Shown in pieces: positions 11,462 to 24,031 of a stretch of DNA of 39,547 nt. The stretch spans positions 149,703,683 through 149,743,229 of the forward strand of contig NC_068981.1 of assembly GCF_001194135.2 (NCBI RefSeq). The letters run 5' to 3'. How positions within the stretch are numbered: the stretch's first letter is position 1; each line of letters begins with the position of its first letter. The DNA is from Octopus bimaculoides (lineage: Eukaryota). The notes under the pieces are model-generated. The model searched no databases. It saw nothing but the letters and a program-made list of their open reading frames with translations, and was not told the DNA's origin. The position numbers and the translations under genes are program-made.

Positions 11462-11700
11462 ATGCCACACTGCTTTTAACTGACAATTACGTTAAGGGTA
11501 CACGTATCTATAGAATACATAGTTACATCGCTTGTTAATTCGACGAATAGATCGTCGAATGAATCGACAAACATAACGCTCATACGTCGAATGTGATAGA
11601 CGTGTCCACTGAAGTGACGGACAAAATTGCCTTCCAGTATTTTGTTGTAGACCTTTGCCTTTTGACATGAACTCTAGCCAATATCAACTTCGACTTAGAT
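11462..11700 (-). mobile_element. Decayed SINE-like dispersed repeat
   Basis: The rc contains cacattcgacgtatgagcgttatg..gatacgtgtacccttaacgtaattgtcag, recalled as a common cephalopod repeat motif. Not verified. Confidence 0.45.
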
Positions 11701-12057
11701 TTTTCTGTGGTGAATAAAATACCGACTGATGTCGATTAAATCGCTTATATCCATCCGAGTCTCCTGAAAGCTTTGGCTTAGGCTATAAGCCAATATTATA
11801 ACAACATGCCATACTTCTAAATTCAACGACGTACGACAGAAACTTCTGCTTGACCTATTGACTGCTAAAATAGTGGTCACGCCTACATAGATGAATCACA
11901 ACTTATCTCTTTATACAAAAGAAGGAAAAGAGATTTTCGATTAATGCGTACAAGAGCAACTATACCCGAAAATGATGCGATACACACAGCTGAAAGCACT
12001 TCATCTTAAGTCTACTCAATTGGGATTAACCTGGGGCTAGAAAAAGGTGCCAAACAG

Positions 12058-12192
12058 ATGTATGCATGTATGTATGCATGTATGTATATGCATACATACA
12101 TACATACATACATACATACATACATACATACATACATAATACATGTATATATATATATGCATGCACATCAATGAATGTATATGTATGTATAT
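12058..12192. repeat. Compound (TGTA)/(TACA)/(TA) microsatellite
   Basis: Directly visible. Confidence 0.93.
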
Positions 12193-13247
12193 AACTATGT
12201 CAGGTCGCTGTTGAGCGCTAATGGTAACATGTAACTCAGTACACCCTGTCGCATGGTCGGGTTGTTGGTTACTAAACTGGAAACCCCATGAAGCTTACTT
12301 GGTGTGGAAGGTTATTATTGGACACACCGCAGGAGGGAAAATAAGACTTGTCAAGGGGCGGAAGAACTCATGTGTAGTCAACGGCCATCCAGCATTGTGT
12401 ACATGGGTGTGTGTTTGTGTGTGTGCATGTGTNNNNNNNNNNNNNNNNNNNNNNNNNNNNNNNNNNNNNNNNNNNNNNNNNNNNNNNNNNNNNNNNNNNN
12501 NNNNNNNNNNNNNNNNNNNNNNNNNNNNNNNNNNNNNNNNNNNNNNNNNNNNNNNNNNNNNNNNNNNNNNNNNNNNNNNNNNNNNNNNNNNNNNNNNNNN
12601 NNNNNNNNNNNNNNNNNNNNNNNNNNNNNNNNNNNNNNNNNNNNNNNNNNNNNNNNNNNNNNNNNNNNNNNNNNNNNNNNNNNNNNNNNNNNNNNNNNNN
12701 NNNNNNNNNNNNNNNNNNNNNNNNNNNNNNNNNNNNTATATATATATATATATGTATATGAGGTGGGGGAACGAGGTTCATTAGCCGTGGTGAAGGCAAC
12801 TCCTACAGGAAAGTGACACTGACATAAAACCAGGTCATGGTAATAACAGTTACTGAACTGGCTGCAAATCAAACCCATGACTGTTGATGGGGACTCCTGT
12901 TTTGAAACGAAACCGTGATTAGGACAACCAGTATAGTTGAATAGATCTCTGAATTCAAATCGGCTTACCCCTGCTGGCTTGCAGCATCCTTTTTGAGGAA
13001 AAGCCTAGGAGAAGGAACTCCGATATAAAACCTGCAGTCAACTTAGTACTAGTCATCTTGCTTTGCTTTCACTGGAATCTACTGTTTTGACCCAGAGAGT
13101 GGCGGGAATTCTGTACAAGTGTTTGCCACTGAAACCCAAAGAAATCCTCGACAAAATATTATCTTAAAAGTCATCTAAGGGATCATGAACGGAGTGACTG
13201 TACTGTGTGATGGGGTGTGCTGTTTGTGTTGATGGGACAACTGTCAT
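12193..13247 (+). mobile_element. Probable 5' UTR of an RTE-clade LINE, split by a microsatellite and N gap (12433-12736)
   Basis: GC-richer non-coding segment that starts abruptly after the microsatellite. It contains ggagaaggaactccgatataaaacc, recalled from RTE 5' UTRs. The two halves (..catgggtg | tgaggtggggg..) appear contiguous. No ORF is retained. Confidence 0.45.
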
Positions 13248-13259
13248 CTCTCAGGATGA

Positions 13260-13981
13260 ACACCGCTCATTATTTGTGTTTTCATAGAGGTGGCTCCATT
13301 AGCCACTACTGCCTGACTTCTATCTTTCAGAAAGTCATGTAACCACTCTCCAAGTTTTCCAGCTATGCCAAGATCACGCAGTTTGTGGCATATCACACCA
13401 TGATCCACTTTGTCAAAANNNNNNNNNNCAGCTATGCCAAGATCACGCAGTTTGTGGCATATCACACCATGATCCACTTTGTCAAAAGCTTTTGCAAAAT
13501 CAAGGTATATTACGTCCACATTTGAGTTGTTGAGTAACTGCCTCAACATCCAGTCATAATGTTGTAAGAGCTGGGTCAGGCAGCTCCTACATTTCGAAAG
13601 CCATGTTGAGTATCACTCAGCAATTTATTTTCTTCAAGGAATGCGATTAGTTTCTCTCTGACTATCTGTTCCACGACTTTGCTGATGCATGAAGTCAGAG
13701 AGATAGGCCTATAGTTTTTGGCATCAGCTCTGCTTCCCCCTTTATGGATTGGGCATGTTATTCCCTCCTTCAGCTTGCTTGGCAGTCTGCCGTTTGCGAG
13801 AAAGCTCTGGAAGAGGATCTGGAGGGGTTTTGCCAGGGCATGCTTACACGATTTAAGGAGGATTGCTGGGAAACCATCAGGACCAGCAGTTTAGTTTGTG
13901 TCCACTTCATCAATGACTAGTAGTACATCTTCTTCGTTAATGTTGATGTATTCCATCGTAACTGCCTCACTGGTTATAGGG
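13260..13981 (-). mobile_element. CR1/L2-type LINE reverse transcriptase fragment
   Basis: AGPDGFPAILLK, PIHKGGSRADAKNYRPISLTSCISKVVE, QHGFR, VDVIYLDFAKAFDKVDH, WLHDFLKDRSQAV, ending at SGV before the PQG motif. Confidence 0.92.
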
Positions 13982-14560
13982 NNNNNNNNNNNNNNNNNNN
14001 NNNNNNNNNNNNNNNNNNNNNNNNNNNNNNNNNNNNNNNNNNNNNNNNNNNNNNNNNNNNNNNNNNNNNNNNNNNNNNNNNNNNNNNNNNNNNNNNNNNN
14101 NNNNNNNNNNNNNNNNNNNNNNNNNNNNNNNNNNNNNNNNNNNNNNNNNNNNNNNNNNNNNNNNNNNNNNNNNNNNNNNNNNNNNNNNNNNNNNNNNNNN
14201 NNNNNNNNNNNNNNNNNNNNNNNNNNNNNNNNNNNNNNNNNNNNNNNNNNNNNNNNNNNNNNNNNNNNNNNNNNNNNNNNNNNNNNNNNNNNNNNNNNNN
14301 NNNNNNNNNNNNNNNNNNNNNNNNNNNNNNNNNNNNNNNNNNNNNNNNNNNNNNNNNNNNNNNNNNNNNNNNNNNNNNNNNNNNNNNNNNNNNNNNNNNN
14401 NNNNNNNNNNNNNNNNNNNNNNNNNNNNNNNNNNNNNNNNNNNNNNNNNNNNNNNNNNNNNNNNNNNNNNNNNNNNNNNNNNNNNNNNNNNNNNNNNNNN
14501 NNNNNNNNNNNNNNNNNNNNNNNNNNNNNNNNNNNNNNNNNNNNNNNNNNNNNNNNNNNN

Positions 14561-14561
14561 N

Positions 14562-14592
<31 letters not shown>

Positions 14593-14665
14593 CATATATA
14601 TATATGTATATGTATGCATATATATGTATATATATATATATATTTATATATATGTATGTGCTTGT
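14561..14665. repeat. (TA)n/(TG)n microsatellite beside N gap 13982-14560
   Basis: Directly visible. Confidence 0.9.
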
Positions 14666-14669
14666 GTGT

Positions 14670-14900
14670 GTGTAGCGTTTCTTCATTTTTCCTTACCTTA
14701 GAGGCACTATTTCTCCCCTTCTCTCTGTCCTTAATTTTATATAATCCTTCTGAGGAAGGACCTACGTCCAAAATGTTAAGACACTTCATACCCACTTCCC
14801 AAGTGCTAAATTAAAACCTTAGTCGGCATAGATTCTTCTTTCTACATTCATTTCTGTTTGATTTTTCTTTTACTTCACGTTATTTTTATGCTTACATCGC
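14670..14900 (+). mobile_element. Penelope-type terminal-repeat remnant carrying a hammerhead motif at 14747-14780
   Basis: Pyrimidine-rich segment containing CTT-CTGAGGA-A-GGAC-CTAC-GTCC-aAAAtGTT-AAG. Confidence 0.55.
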
Positions 14901-17900
14901 ATGTACATACGTATATACACACATATACGCACAAACAAGTACACACACACATGTACATACACACACACGTATATATATATGTATGTATGTGTGTATGTAT
15001 GTATATATGTAAGTGTGTGAGTACGTGTATATGTATATGTGTGTATATGTGTGTATGAGTACGTATATACACACACATACATGCATACATCTATATATGT
15101 AGAGTGAGAGAGAGAGTGTGGAGGGAAGAGAGGCATATGGTGCTTGTGATAAAAGCACCATTACGCTACTATATTCAGTATATGGTGTTGAGTATAGTAC
15201 TGTGACAACGGTATTCTCATGCAAAGTTTGTTATTTCTTTGCAAAACACGAATTCAAACTTACTTCGTTTTATTTATTTTTTACAGTGTAAATTTGAATG
15301 CAAATTGCAATTACATTATATCATATTACCGCAAGAGCAGTATTTACCATAATTAGTGGGTGTGCAGTGCTTGCTCAACACACCCAGAATTATGAAATAC
15401 GATGAAATGATATCAGTATTCATAAAATCTGTTTACTAATTAAAACAATGAACAAATAATAAAGCACAGGAAAAAAACAAGGAGTATGTATTTGTCTTTT
15501 TCAATGAAGCAAAATACTTTGTGTAAAATCTCACAGAAATATGTATGGAAAATTATATGAATACACACACAAGCTTACATTGAAGCACACATACCCTTAA
15601 ATGTTTATACATATGAGTATGCACATACATACATACATACACTCACAAACACACAGACACACACCTACATACACAGACACACAAATTTGTTAGCGCGCGT
15701 GTGTGTATTCGTTTTCATCTAATTCTACACATATTTTTCTCTATCGTAGTTTGTACAAATTGCATTTTCATTTTTGTTTTTGCTTTAATTAGTATCCTGA
15801 TTTTAAAAACAATGATATCATACACCGTATTTCATAATGAAATTACTTTCAATCAGGCATTAGAATCATGATTGAATTACTATATTTAAATTGGATGGAT
15901 ATGTTTTCGGATCTCTTGAACCTGTCGCCATTTTGGTATTTTTTATCGATCAGCGTCTGGTCGATATATACAATCTTACTCTTATTTTTGGAATTATGTA
16001 ATTTAATAAATCCTCTCACCAGACATACTGAAGTTACTCAATAAGCTCGAATAAAGTCATATCTTATGAACAAACCATTGCTATGTTGTTGCTATCCAGA
16101 ATCTGACGGAGCATCGAACCTTTAAGTTTAGGCATAATCGAGCCGCCTGAAAGATTTATGGTGAGTGAAAGATTTAGTGTGAACGGCAGACAGTGAGAAA
16201 GATAAAGTGGAGAGAATGTATTGAACATTCAGGAAAGACAGAGGGACGAAAATACGAAGTCAGAAATAAAGAGACAGAGACACGTATGAAGAAATAAATA
16301 AAGGGAGATAAGTGGAGAGTGAAATACTGGGGAGGAGAAAATGGAATTATTTATAGGAAGGCTGTTTCATATATAAAGTTAAGTTTGTGTATTAAGTTAA
16401 AGTGGAAATTGTTAACAAAATACTTGAAAACATTTAAAACAATGAGATAATTGAAAACACAAAACTTAAAACGTTTTTCAACGAAAATATGTTAATTTTC
16501 TGCCTGAAGTTTCGGTAGTTGTTTTAAAGCATATTGGAAATATGTTTGCATTGATATTCTAATCAGAGTGTAAATAATCTCCCACAAAAGATAGCAAATA
16601 AACAGACTCTTTGCACAAACAAAGAATCACGTTTTTCAACATTGGAGTGTAGGAAACATATTTATAAAGAATGACGCTTGTCTGAATATTTTACTCGTTT
16701 GATATTTATTTCATAGACATTGAATGATGCGGGGTGAGGCAAATGAAAGAAACTTAAACACTGCAAATCCACTTCTGTTTATCCAACAACACTGTCTCGC
16801 ACACTTTTAATAACACTGATTTCGTGGTAAAAAAATACGTTAAAATTGCAGAAGGCGCTTGTCTGTGCATTTGTGTGTATATATGTGTGTCTGTCAGAAT
16901 TAAAAAGGATATGATAAGATTCAAAGAAACATTAATGTCAGCTACCTTACTAATCATTCTTATAGCTAATATAGTTGTTTTGGGGAATGATTCTTGAAGC
17001 AAAGCCACCGTGATATAAGTCCTTGCGTGTTTGATGTGTATCCCTTCTCTCCTTAGTTTATATTTTTAATGACACCCGAATGATTCTCTTCGGCAATATA
17101 TATTATAATGGACAACGTGATCGAGAATTCATATTCAAGAATTTAGAAATACTGCAGGGTTTTAATTATGCATGTTATTTGAGACTCTCAATAAAGATAT
17201 GCACAGTTACAGTGGATTTCATTTCCTGACTTTTGTTATTGTCCGTTTCACAAAACTTTATAATCAAATCATATATTTACTCACTGATTTCTTTACTGGT
17301 TTCCATTACTGAATTATGTCCATATTAGGGAGACATTCTCAAAAGTTTTTCGTCGATTACATTGACCATCGTATTTATTTTATCCATCTATTTTTATCAG
17401 GAGGATAACTTAATTGTTTTGAAACAACATTTTTTTATAAACCGGTTGTTTGAGTGAAAGATACGCAACAACATGGACACACTCACACATACACACACAA
17501 GCGCGCACACATGGTGCGACTCTGCACTGATGCACTCTAACAAATTCAACTATCAAAATAATGGTTCAGTCGAAACCATACGAGTGCACATTTACCAAAG
17601 GTTTCTTTTTGCGAAGTGAAGTTATTTCTCACCCCGAGAGTAGGTCCCAGAATGACAACACTTGATGTATGTTTGGAACCATCTCGAATTATAAGCAACA
17701 ATAAATTAAAGTGCAAGTTGAATGATTTAACTTTAGGCTGATGTGTACTACTGTAGTCGAATCCGAATTGTAGTGTCGTTGTGTATAGCCGTATCGTCGG
17801 ACATCTAATCTTATTTTCCATTTCGTTTTCAAACTGCTAGGCTTATGAGATACTGCTTAGCCTACATTATAATATCTCATGCTTGCTCGATGCTTTTATT

Positions 17901-18521
17901 TTACAGCTCTTCTATTCAGATGTTTGTATGTAGATCATTACTTGGATGCATGCTATTATAAATTTCTATTATCTTCTCAAACTTTTTGTTATTTCCATCT
18001 CCAGTGTAGTTATTGATTTAAGGTCCAGTATTTTGCAAGGGGACTCTTATTGGTGTGACCTGGCGGATAATTGCCATAAATTTAGAAAATATGATGCTAA
18101 GTGTGTGTCATCAATTGTCTTAGCTTGTAGTTTTTTTTTTATTGCAAACGATGAGTTAGCTGATATCAGACGGATGCAACATATTTTCTGTGATTATAAC
18201 CCACGAAAATCGGAAATAGATGTATATTTTTACGAGTTTATATAAGTAAGGTTGAAGTGCACATAAAAGGGTGATAGAAATGACGATGTTCTAGAACGTG
18301 ATTACAATTTTACTTCATAAGCGTGCTTGTTTGGCTTTTCACAATGTGGTACCTTTCCTAGTAATCTAGATTCTCGGAATAGTTGAAAATGATGCTGAAT
18401 ACAGTGATTCCTTATATTTTTAAGTATTGTAAGTTTGCGTTTGGGATTTCCTTATTTTTTTCATTGTCCAAGAGAAAAGACAGACAACATGATATAGTAT
18501 GTTTTTGCAGTTATTTTTGTA

Positions 18522-18775
18522 CGTTTGTCATTAAGTTTGATAATAGAGTCATTCAAAGTCGCGAAAAAAATTAGCACCATGAAGCTAGTCATTCAACTTC
18601 GTTTCTCGATTATTCAATTTCGCACTTCGGTCAAAGAATTTAGCATTCACATCATTCAAATTAAAACGACTGTCGAGAGCATTCAAATTAGTCAGAATGC
18701 GAGGAATTATCTTTTCGAGCATTCTGATTCGCACGTGTGCATTCGAGTTCGGAATAAGATTATTCAATTTAGCAC
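18522..18775 (+). repeat. Left long TIR with ~10 internal CATTCAA-like motifs
   Basis: Aligns to the rc of 25319-25560, with a 12-nt insertion (accatgaagcta) on the left. Confidence 0.85.
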
Positions 18776-19082
18776 TAATTTTACATGTGTGTTTTTACTT
18801 ACATTCAAAGAAGTGAATGTTAAAAATAACAACTTTAAATGACATGTTAGGCCATGCAGATTTATTATGTTGTTGTAGCTACAAGGAAGAAATAAATTAC
18901 GTGATTCTTCTGTCCACGAAAGTTTTTTTCACTGCAATATTGTGTTCTTTGGTCTGTACTTACTTGGTAGTTTATTTGGAGGTGAGCCTTTTTACTGATT
19001 GTTGAATTGCTTGGTTTTTAATAGTATTTTTAATTGTTTATTAAACAATTATTGTTTTACCCCGCGCGAGGAAACCTACAAT

Positions 19083-20396
19083 ATGGCGAGCGGAGAAAAG
19101 CGTTGAGGAGAGGAGTTACTTAACCGAGGAGGAGATCGAAAAGAATTGTGTAAGTAAATTTATATTAGATTCAGACGAGGAGAGAGAAAGACCAATACGG
19201 GCTACTACAAGGAAAAACATTTATGTACCAAGTTTAAAGACGAAATATAAAGAAGAGGAAAAGAAAGAAAAATCTAAGAAAAAACTTGACTTTGCCGCTG
19301 TGGCAGGTGCTAAAGTTAGAAAGATTAATTTGGCTAATGTGGAGGAACACAAACAAATGATGACAAGGGAGGGGCACGGAATTACAGCGGCCCCTCCAAA
19401 AAGTATTTGACCGACAAGGTCAAAAATAATAGAACTGTTTATGTGTTAGTGGCAAAGATTGAGATAGAGTACCTAGCAAGAGATAGAAGATACGCGACGG
19501 TGGAGGTGAGGATGGAGTCAGAGAAAAGAAGCCCGGCTCCATTCAGTGGAACCTGTAAGAACGGAAGAGATGGTACTTCTACCCATATATATGGGTAGAA
19601 GAACGTCGAAGATTACAATCAGAAATGATCCCGCTCGTCCCGGCAGTGACGATGGGATCGGAAGATAAAATATCAGTCCTGAACGCTGCCGTGATGGAGC
19701 CAAGAAATTGGCATGAGCAGAGTATGCGTATTATAATTCAAGCCGAACAGACCATACTGGAGGAAATTATTGAGACCTTCGAGGTTGATGAGACCCGTCT
19801 GGTGGTGAAAGTAGAAGGTCGCCAGCCTCGATGCTTCCAATATGGCAAGAAGGGCCACCTCAGAGTGGAGGCTGAAAAAAAAGAAAGAAGAAACGCAGGT
19901 GGTAGAGATTGAACCAACGACGCCAGAGCAGAAGACAACAATACCAGTAGAAAGAACACCAATGCCAGAAGAAAAAGTTAGGGAGGGATGGGCTCTTGTG
20001 CAGAACAAAAGAAAAATGAAGCCACCCTCCCATAAAAAAGAGAACGAGAAAACAGAGGCGAGGCAGATTACAAAGCCGAGTAAATCTAAAAAGAAAAAAG
20101 AAGACAGTTGCTACATGGCGGTTTGAATCTCGAATAGAGATCTAGCGAACCGCCTAGCAACTATATCTGCATAAAAAATTGAGGAAGCAGAAAGTCAGAA
20201 GGAAGGGAATGAAATTTACAAAACGAATCGGAAAACTTATAAGGTTGTTACTAATGACTTTCGTAAAGATGTTGGCCCTCCCAGGTTAGACTTTAAGCCA
20301 AAAGTAAAAGTGTATAAGGACCTCCTCACTCCGACGCTACGAGCCCAGGAAAGAGAAGAAAAGGTGGGTTCTCCCCCGCCTCTAAACACCGACTAA
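19083..20396 (+). pseudogene. LINE ORF1 (gag-like) with degenerate CCHC knuckle
   Basis: ATG in good context at 19083. VKVEGRQPRCFQYGKKGHLRVE is a decayed CX2CX4HX4C. Basic, A-rich coding. Stop at 20394-20396. Internal stops and frameshifts. Confidence 0.75.
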
Positions 20397-20410
20397 AAAG
20401 CTAAACTTTT

Positions 20411-23400
20411 ATGGCGGTTTGCGTAGGTTGTATAAATGTGTGTGGCCTGACGTCGAGCTGGAAACAAGGGCGTTTCCTAAATGACGTTAGGTCACAATGA
20501 TTAGATGTTATTGTTGCTTCTGAAACTTCGTTAAAAGGACCAAAAGATCTGCTCCCGCTCCTGAAAGGCTACGAAGAATTCATTTCTCCAGGCCGGCCTG
20601 GGGGCGCGGGTGGAGTGTTTGTCCTACTTAAAAGAAACCGAGTTTCAGAGAAAAGTTGATTTTTTTCTGATCTAGAATGTAGGCTGGTCGTCTTAGACCT
20701 GATGTTCAGTTGTGGTAAGGAAATCAGGCTGGTCGCGGTTTATGCACCTAATTCGAGTCAGACTGATTATTACCGAGAGTTGGAGAAGTGTCTAGGTACA
20801 TTACGTTCTTTTGTTGTGTTAGGAGGCTTAATCACTATTCTTGATGCACGCGTGGATAGTGTTGGCTCATATTCTGATAGGAGACTTAACAGTGACTTCC
20901 GGGATCTACTAAGTCGCTTTCAGCTAGTAGATCTCTACAGACTAGAATTTCCGACTGCTCCATTGTGGACATGGTCAAATAGTGACGGTCTTCTAGGTCT
21001 TACATAGATAGGATTTTTATTAGAAAACTAGACAAAGATATAGTTACGTGTCCACAATATCACATTGTCAGTTATAGTGACCACAAGCTGGTCACTTGTA
21101 AACTGTACCTAAATAAGCAATGTAGTAAGGATTCTGCCTACTGGAAACTCAATAAGTCCCTTTGAGGAGTACAGGAGACGGATTATGTTATTAATACAGA
21201 GGACGTTGACGGTTTCATTATTAACAACAAATGGTGGTACGCCCCGAAAGGAGCCATTAAATTTGAGTCTATTACATATGGTATAGGTTTAGTGGTTAGA
21301 GGGCGTAGGAAGGAAACAGAATTAGTTACGGCCCTAGAGGAAGCCGTGAGAACTGGCGACGCAACCCAAGTGAAGGCGAAGAGACTGGAGTTAACCAAGC
21401 ACCTCGAAGTCAAACACATGGAGTGTATCGTCAGAGCTAGACGTCGCGCAAATGGGGATGGATGGAATCAAGGCAGCTTGATGAGCACGTGTTATGGAAG
21501 CTCAACGTGAAAATGAATCCATAATTCGATCTTTAGTGAATTTGCAAGGTGATCTGATAAACGAACCCGAGGAGATGTGTCGGATCTTTCAGGAGCACTT
21601 CGCTCAGCTTTTCGCAGGGAGCGATGGATCGGCTAGTAGGAGGTACTTTACGGACTTCTTCGCCGGGCTGCTGCCCCTTCGGGGCAGGATGCGGAGAGCT
21701 GTGAAGGATCCATCACACCTGAGGAAGTGATCGGGGCCATAGCGGACTGCAGCGGTGGTAAGGCGTCGGGACTCGATGGTCTACCGTACGAGTTATATAA
21801 AAGTATGCCAGATTTGTTCGGGTACGTACTGTTTAGCGTTTACACGAACTGGCAATAGAATAGGTTAATTCCCAGAGATGTGTGCCGGGGAGTAGTGATG
21901 CTGGTCAGGAAGGAGCCAAACAAGGGGGATAATATAGATAATTTTAGGCCCATCACTCTTCTGAACGCAGAGGTGAAGATTTTGGACAAGGTGCTAGCAA
22001 AAAGTTTGATGCGTGTAGCGGATGGCTTGATTGGGGAGGCAAAACCTGTGCAGTACCTGGCAGAAACATCCAGAATAATCTTCATCTTATACGCTACAAC
22101 GTAGAAGGGTATGCTAATAATTCTGGCAAAGGTGGGGCACTGGTCCGTTTAGACCAGGCTAAAGCGTTTGATAGGGTAGACCATCGTTACCTGTTTTACG
22201 TGCTCGCGCTGTTCGGAATAGGAATTGGTTTCCTCAGGTGGATCATACAGTTCGGGTGAACGGCTTTTTCTCGAAGCCATTCTGCATCAAACGGTCGGTT
22301 CGCCAAGGGTGTCCGCTCTCCCCGCTTTTACACTTGATGGCGCTCGAGCCATTACTGCGAAAGCTGAGTGGCATCGCGACGAATGCAGGAGGTAGGGGAT
22401 CGGTTACAGCATACGCGGACGACATCACTATCATCGTGACGAAGATGAAACACCAGCAGCAAGTAGATGAAACCATTAATGTTTACGAGACGGTGACAGG
22501 AGCGAAAATAAAACCAGGGAAAGTTGGTCGGCTTGCACCTGGAGGGGTAAGTCGATCCTTCGAATAGCGTCGTGGGACGCTGGACGGAGGGCCCGCTTAA
22601 GTTGCTAGGAATCTCGTTTGGTCCAGATTTCCAGATAGAAAAGAACTGCTCCAATGTATCGGGCAAGGGGATCCACACAGTCAAGACCTGGTCATGGCGG
22701 TGGCTATCCTTGAAAAGGAGGGTGGAGGTGGCCAATGTGTTTATAGCATCGGCCATCGTTCCTTGTCCAGATTCATGGTTGAGCAAGTTGGAGAGGCTAA
22801 TCTTCCGCTTTTTGTGGAAGAACTCCACTCCAGTTGTAACACTTACTATTTGCTGACAAAAGTCGTTAAAAGGTGGAACTTTACTGTTGATACGTTAACA
22901 TGCGCTGAGGCTGAGGCATCTTTGGCTCAACCTGGATGGTGAACACGTGTGGTCTCCGCTCGCTAAACGGATGTTCCCCAACATTACTAGTTTTAGTGGT
23001 AGAGAAAACTGGTTTCGTCGAAGATCGAGGATGGGCACATTGTTTCCGGAGTGCCACAAGGCTCTTCTCCAGTTCCGCAACTCGGGCAACGCCAGCGGTT
23101 TCGGTGCCACCGCGGCTTACTATAGTAGGTTGGTAGAGGCTGGAAATGATGCTGCCCAGGGAAGGACCCTGGGCCTTGATGATAATCAGTTAGACAGCCT
23201 GTTCTGACGGACATTCGGGCCGAAGACACTGGATAACTTCCAAAAGTCTTTGGCCTGCCAGTGTTACAGAGGAGCACTACCCGTTCGGGATAAGCTCATC
23301 AGACACGGCCACCCTGGGCCGTCGGTATGTCCAAGATGAGGGCGGGACGTGGAAACCGTCCTGTACATTATTGTGCAGTGTCCTAGAGTGTCAAAGTTCT

Positions 23401-23729
23401 GGGTTAATGCAGAACACATGTTGGCAGATGTGAGAAGAGTACAGATATCGTCTGAGTCAATCCTAAAAATTGCCCCACCTGATTTCCTCACGGAAGAAGG
23501 TAAGAATTGTTTTCTCGTAGTAATAGCAATTGTGAAAGAGGTGATATGGAAGTCGAGAATGAAAGGTATTGTGACAGGCTGCTTCGTCTCCGGCCTCGCG
23601 CTGGTGAATGTTTTCACCTTTCGCCTTAAAAGGAAGGAGGGGCTGGAAAGGAGATGCCTGTCAGAGAGTATGTTCAACAAAAGATGGATGTGTGTGGCAA
23701 GCATGTTGGGAATGAAAGGCCCTGTGTGA
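20411..23729 (+). pseudogene. LINE ORF2: APE endonuclease, reverse transcriptase and C-terminal zinc finger
   Basis: MAVCVGCINVCGL..SET, IRLVAVYAPN, SDHKLV, DGLPYELYK, NFRPITLLNAEVKIL, LDQAKAFDRVDH, RQGCPLSPLL, AYADDIT, CPR*GRDVETVLYIIVQCP. Many disablements. Confidence 0.92.
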
Positions 23730-24031
23730 ATACATTAGAAAGATTACCAAGGTGTCGGTAGAGAAACAGGGCTCGTGGGATCGGAGTTTCCTGTTTTAAT
23801 AGCTCATTGTATGATTTTTGCATGTAAAATGTTCTTGTGTCTCGTTCGATTTTAGTGCAATTGTAAATTTTTATTATCATATGTGTACGACCATAGTCAT
23901 AGTGTGCTGACCCCTCTTTGCTAATCCGTATGGATAATAAAAAAAAACGAAGTCTTTTTCATTGCAACATTCGTAACCAGTAGGTATCAGTTGCATTTTA
24001 TTTCCCTTTCTCTTACATCAACTTGTAATCA

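Larger units (their letters stand above)
18942..23946 (+). mobile_element. Full-length Tx1/L1-clade LINE (5' UTR, ORF1, ORF2, 3' UTR, poly-A), decayed
   Basis: Flanked by acgaaagtttttttcactgcaatatt (18916-18941) and acgaagtctttttcattgcaacatt (23947-23971), 22/26 matches with three C/T transitions and one gap. Poly-A at ~23938-23947. Confidence 0.88.

Noticed and set aside
11586-11704. Minus-strand exon-like segment with good splice sites
   Set aside because: It overlaps what appears to be a dispersed SINE-like repeat (11462-11700).
13360-13487. Exact 59-bp direct repeat (13360-13418 and 13429-13487) inside the CR1-type RT
   Set aside because: The identical copies flank a 10-N gap, so this is an unmerged contig overlap rather than a biological duplication.
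12221-14795. Long ORFs in the track here and at 35205-36345 and 6753-7139
   Set aside because: They are open only because they run through N gaps and dinucleotide repeats.
16100-16160. Plus-strand segment with acceptor and consensus donor ATG|GTGAGT
   Set aside because: All three frames contain stops. It could only be a UTR or non-coding exon, which cannot be supported from sequence alone.
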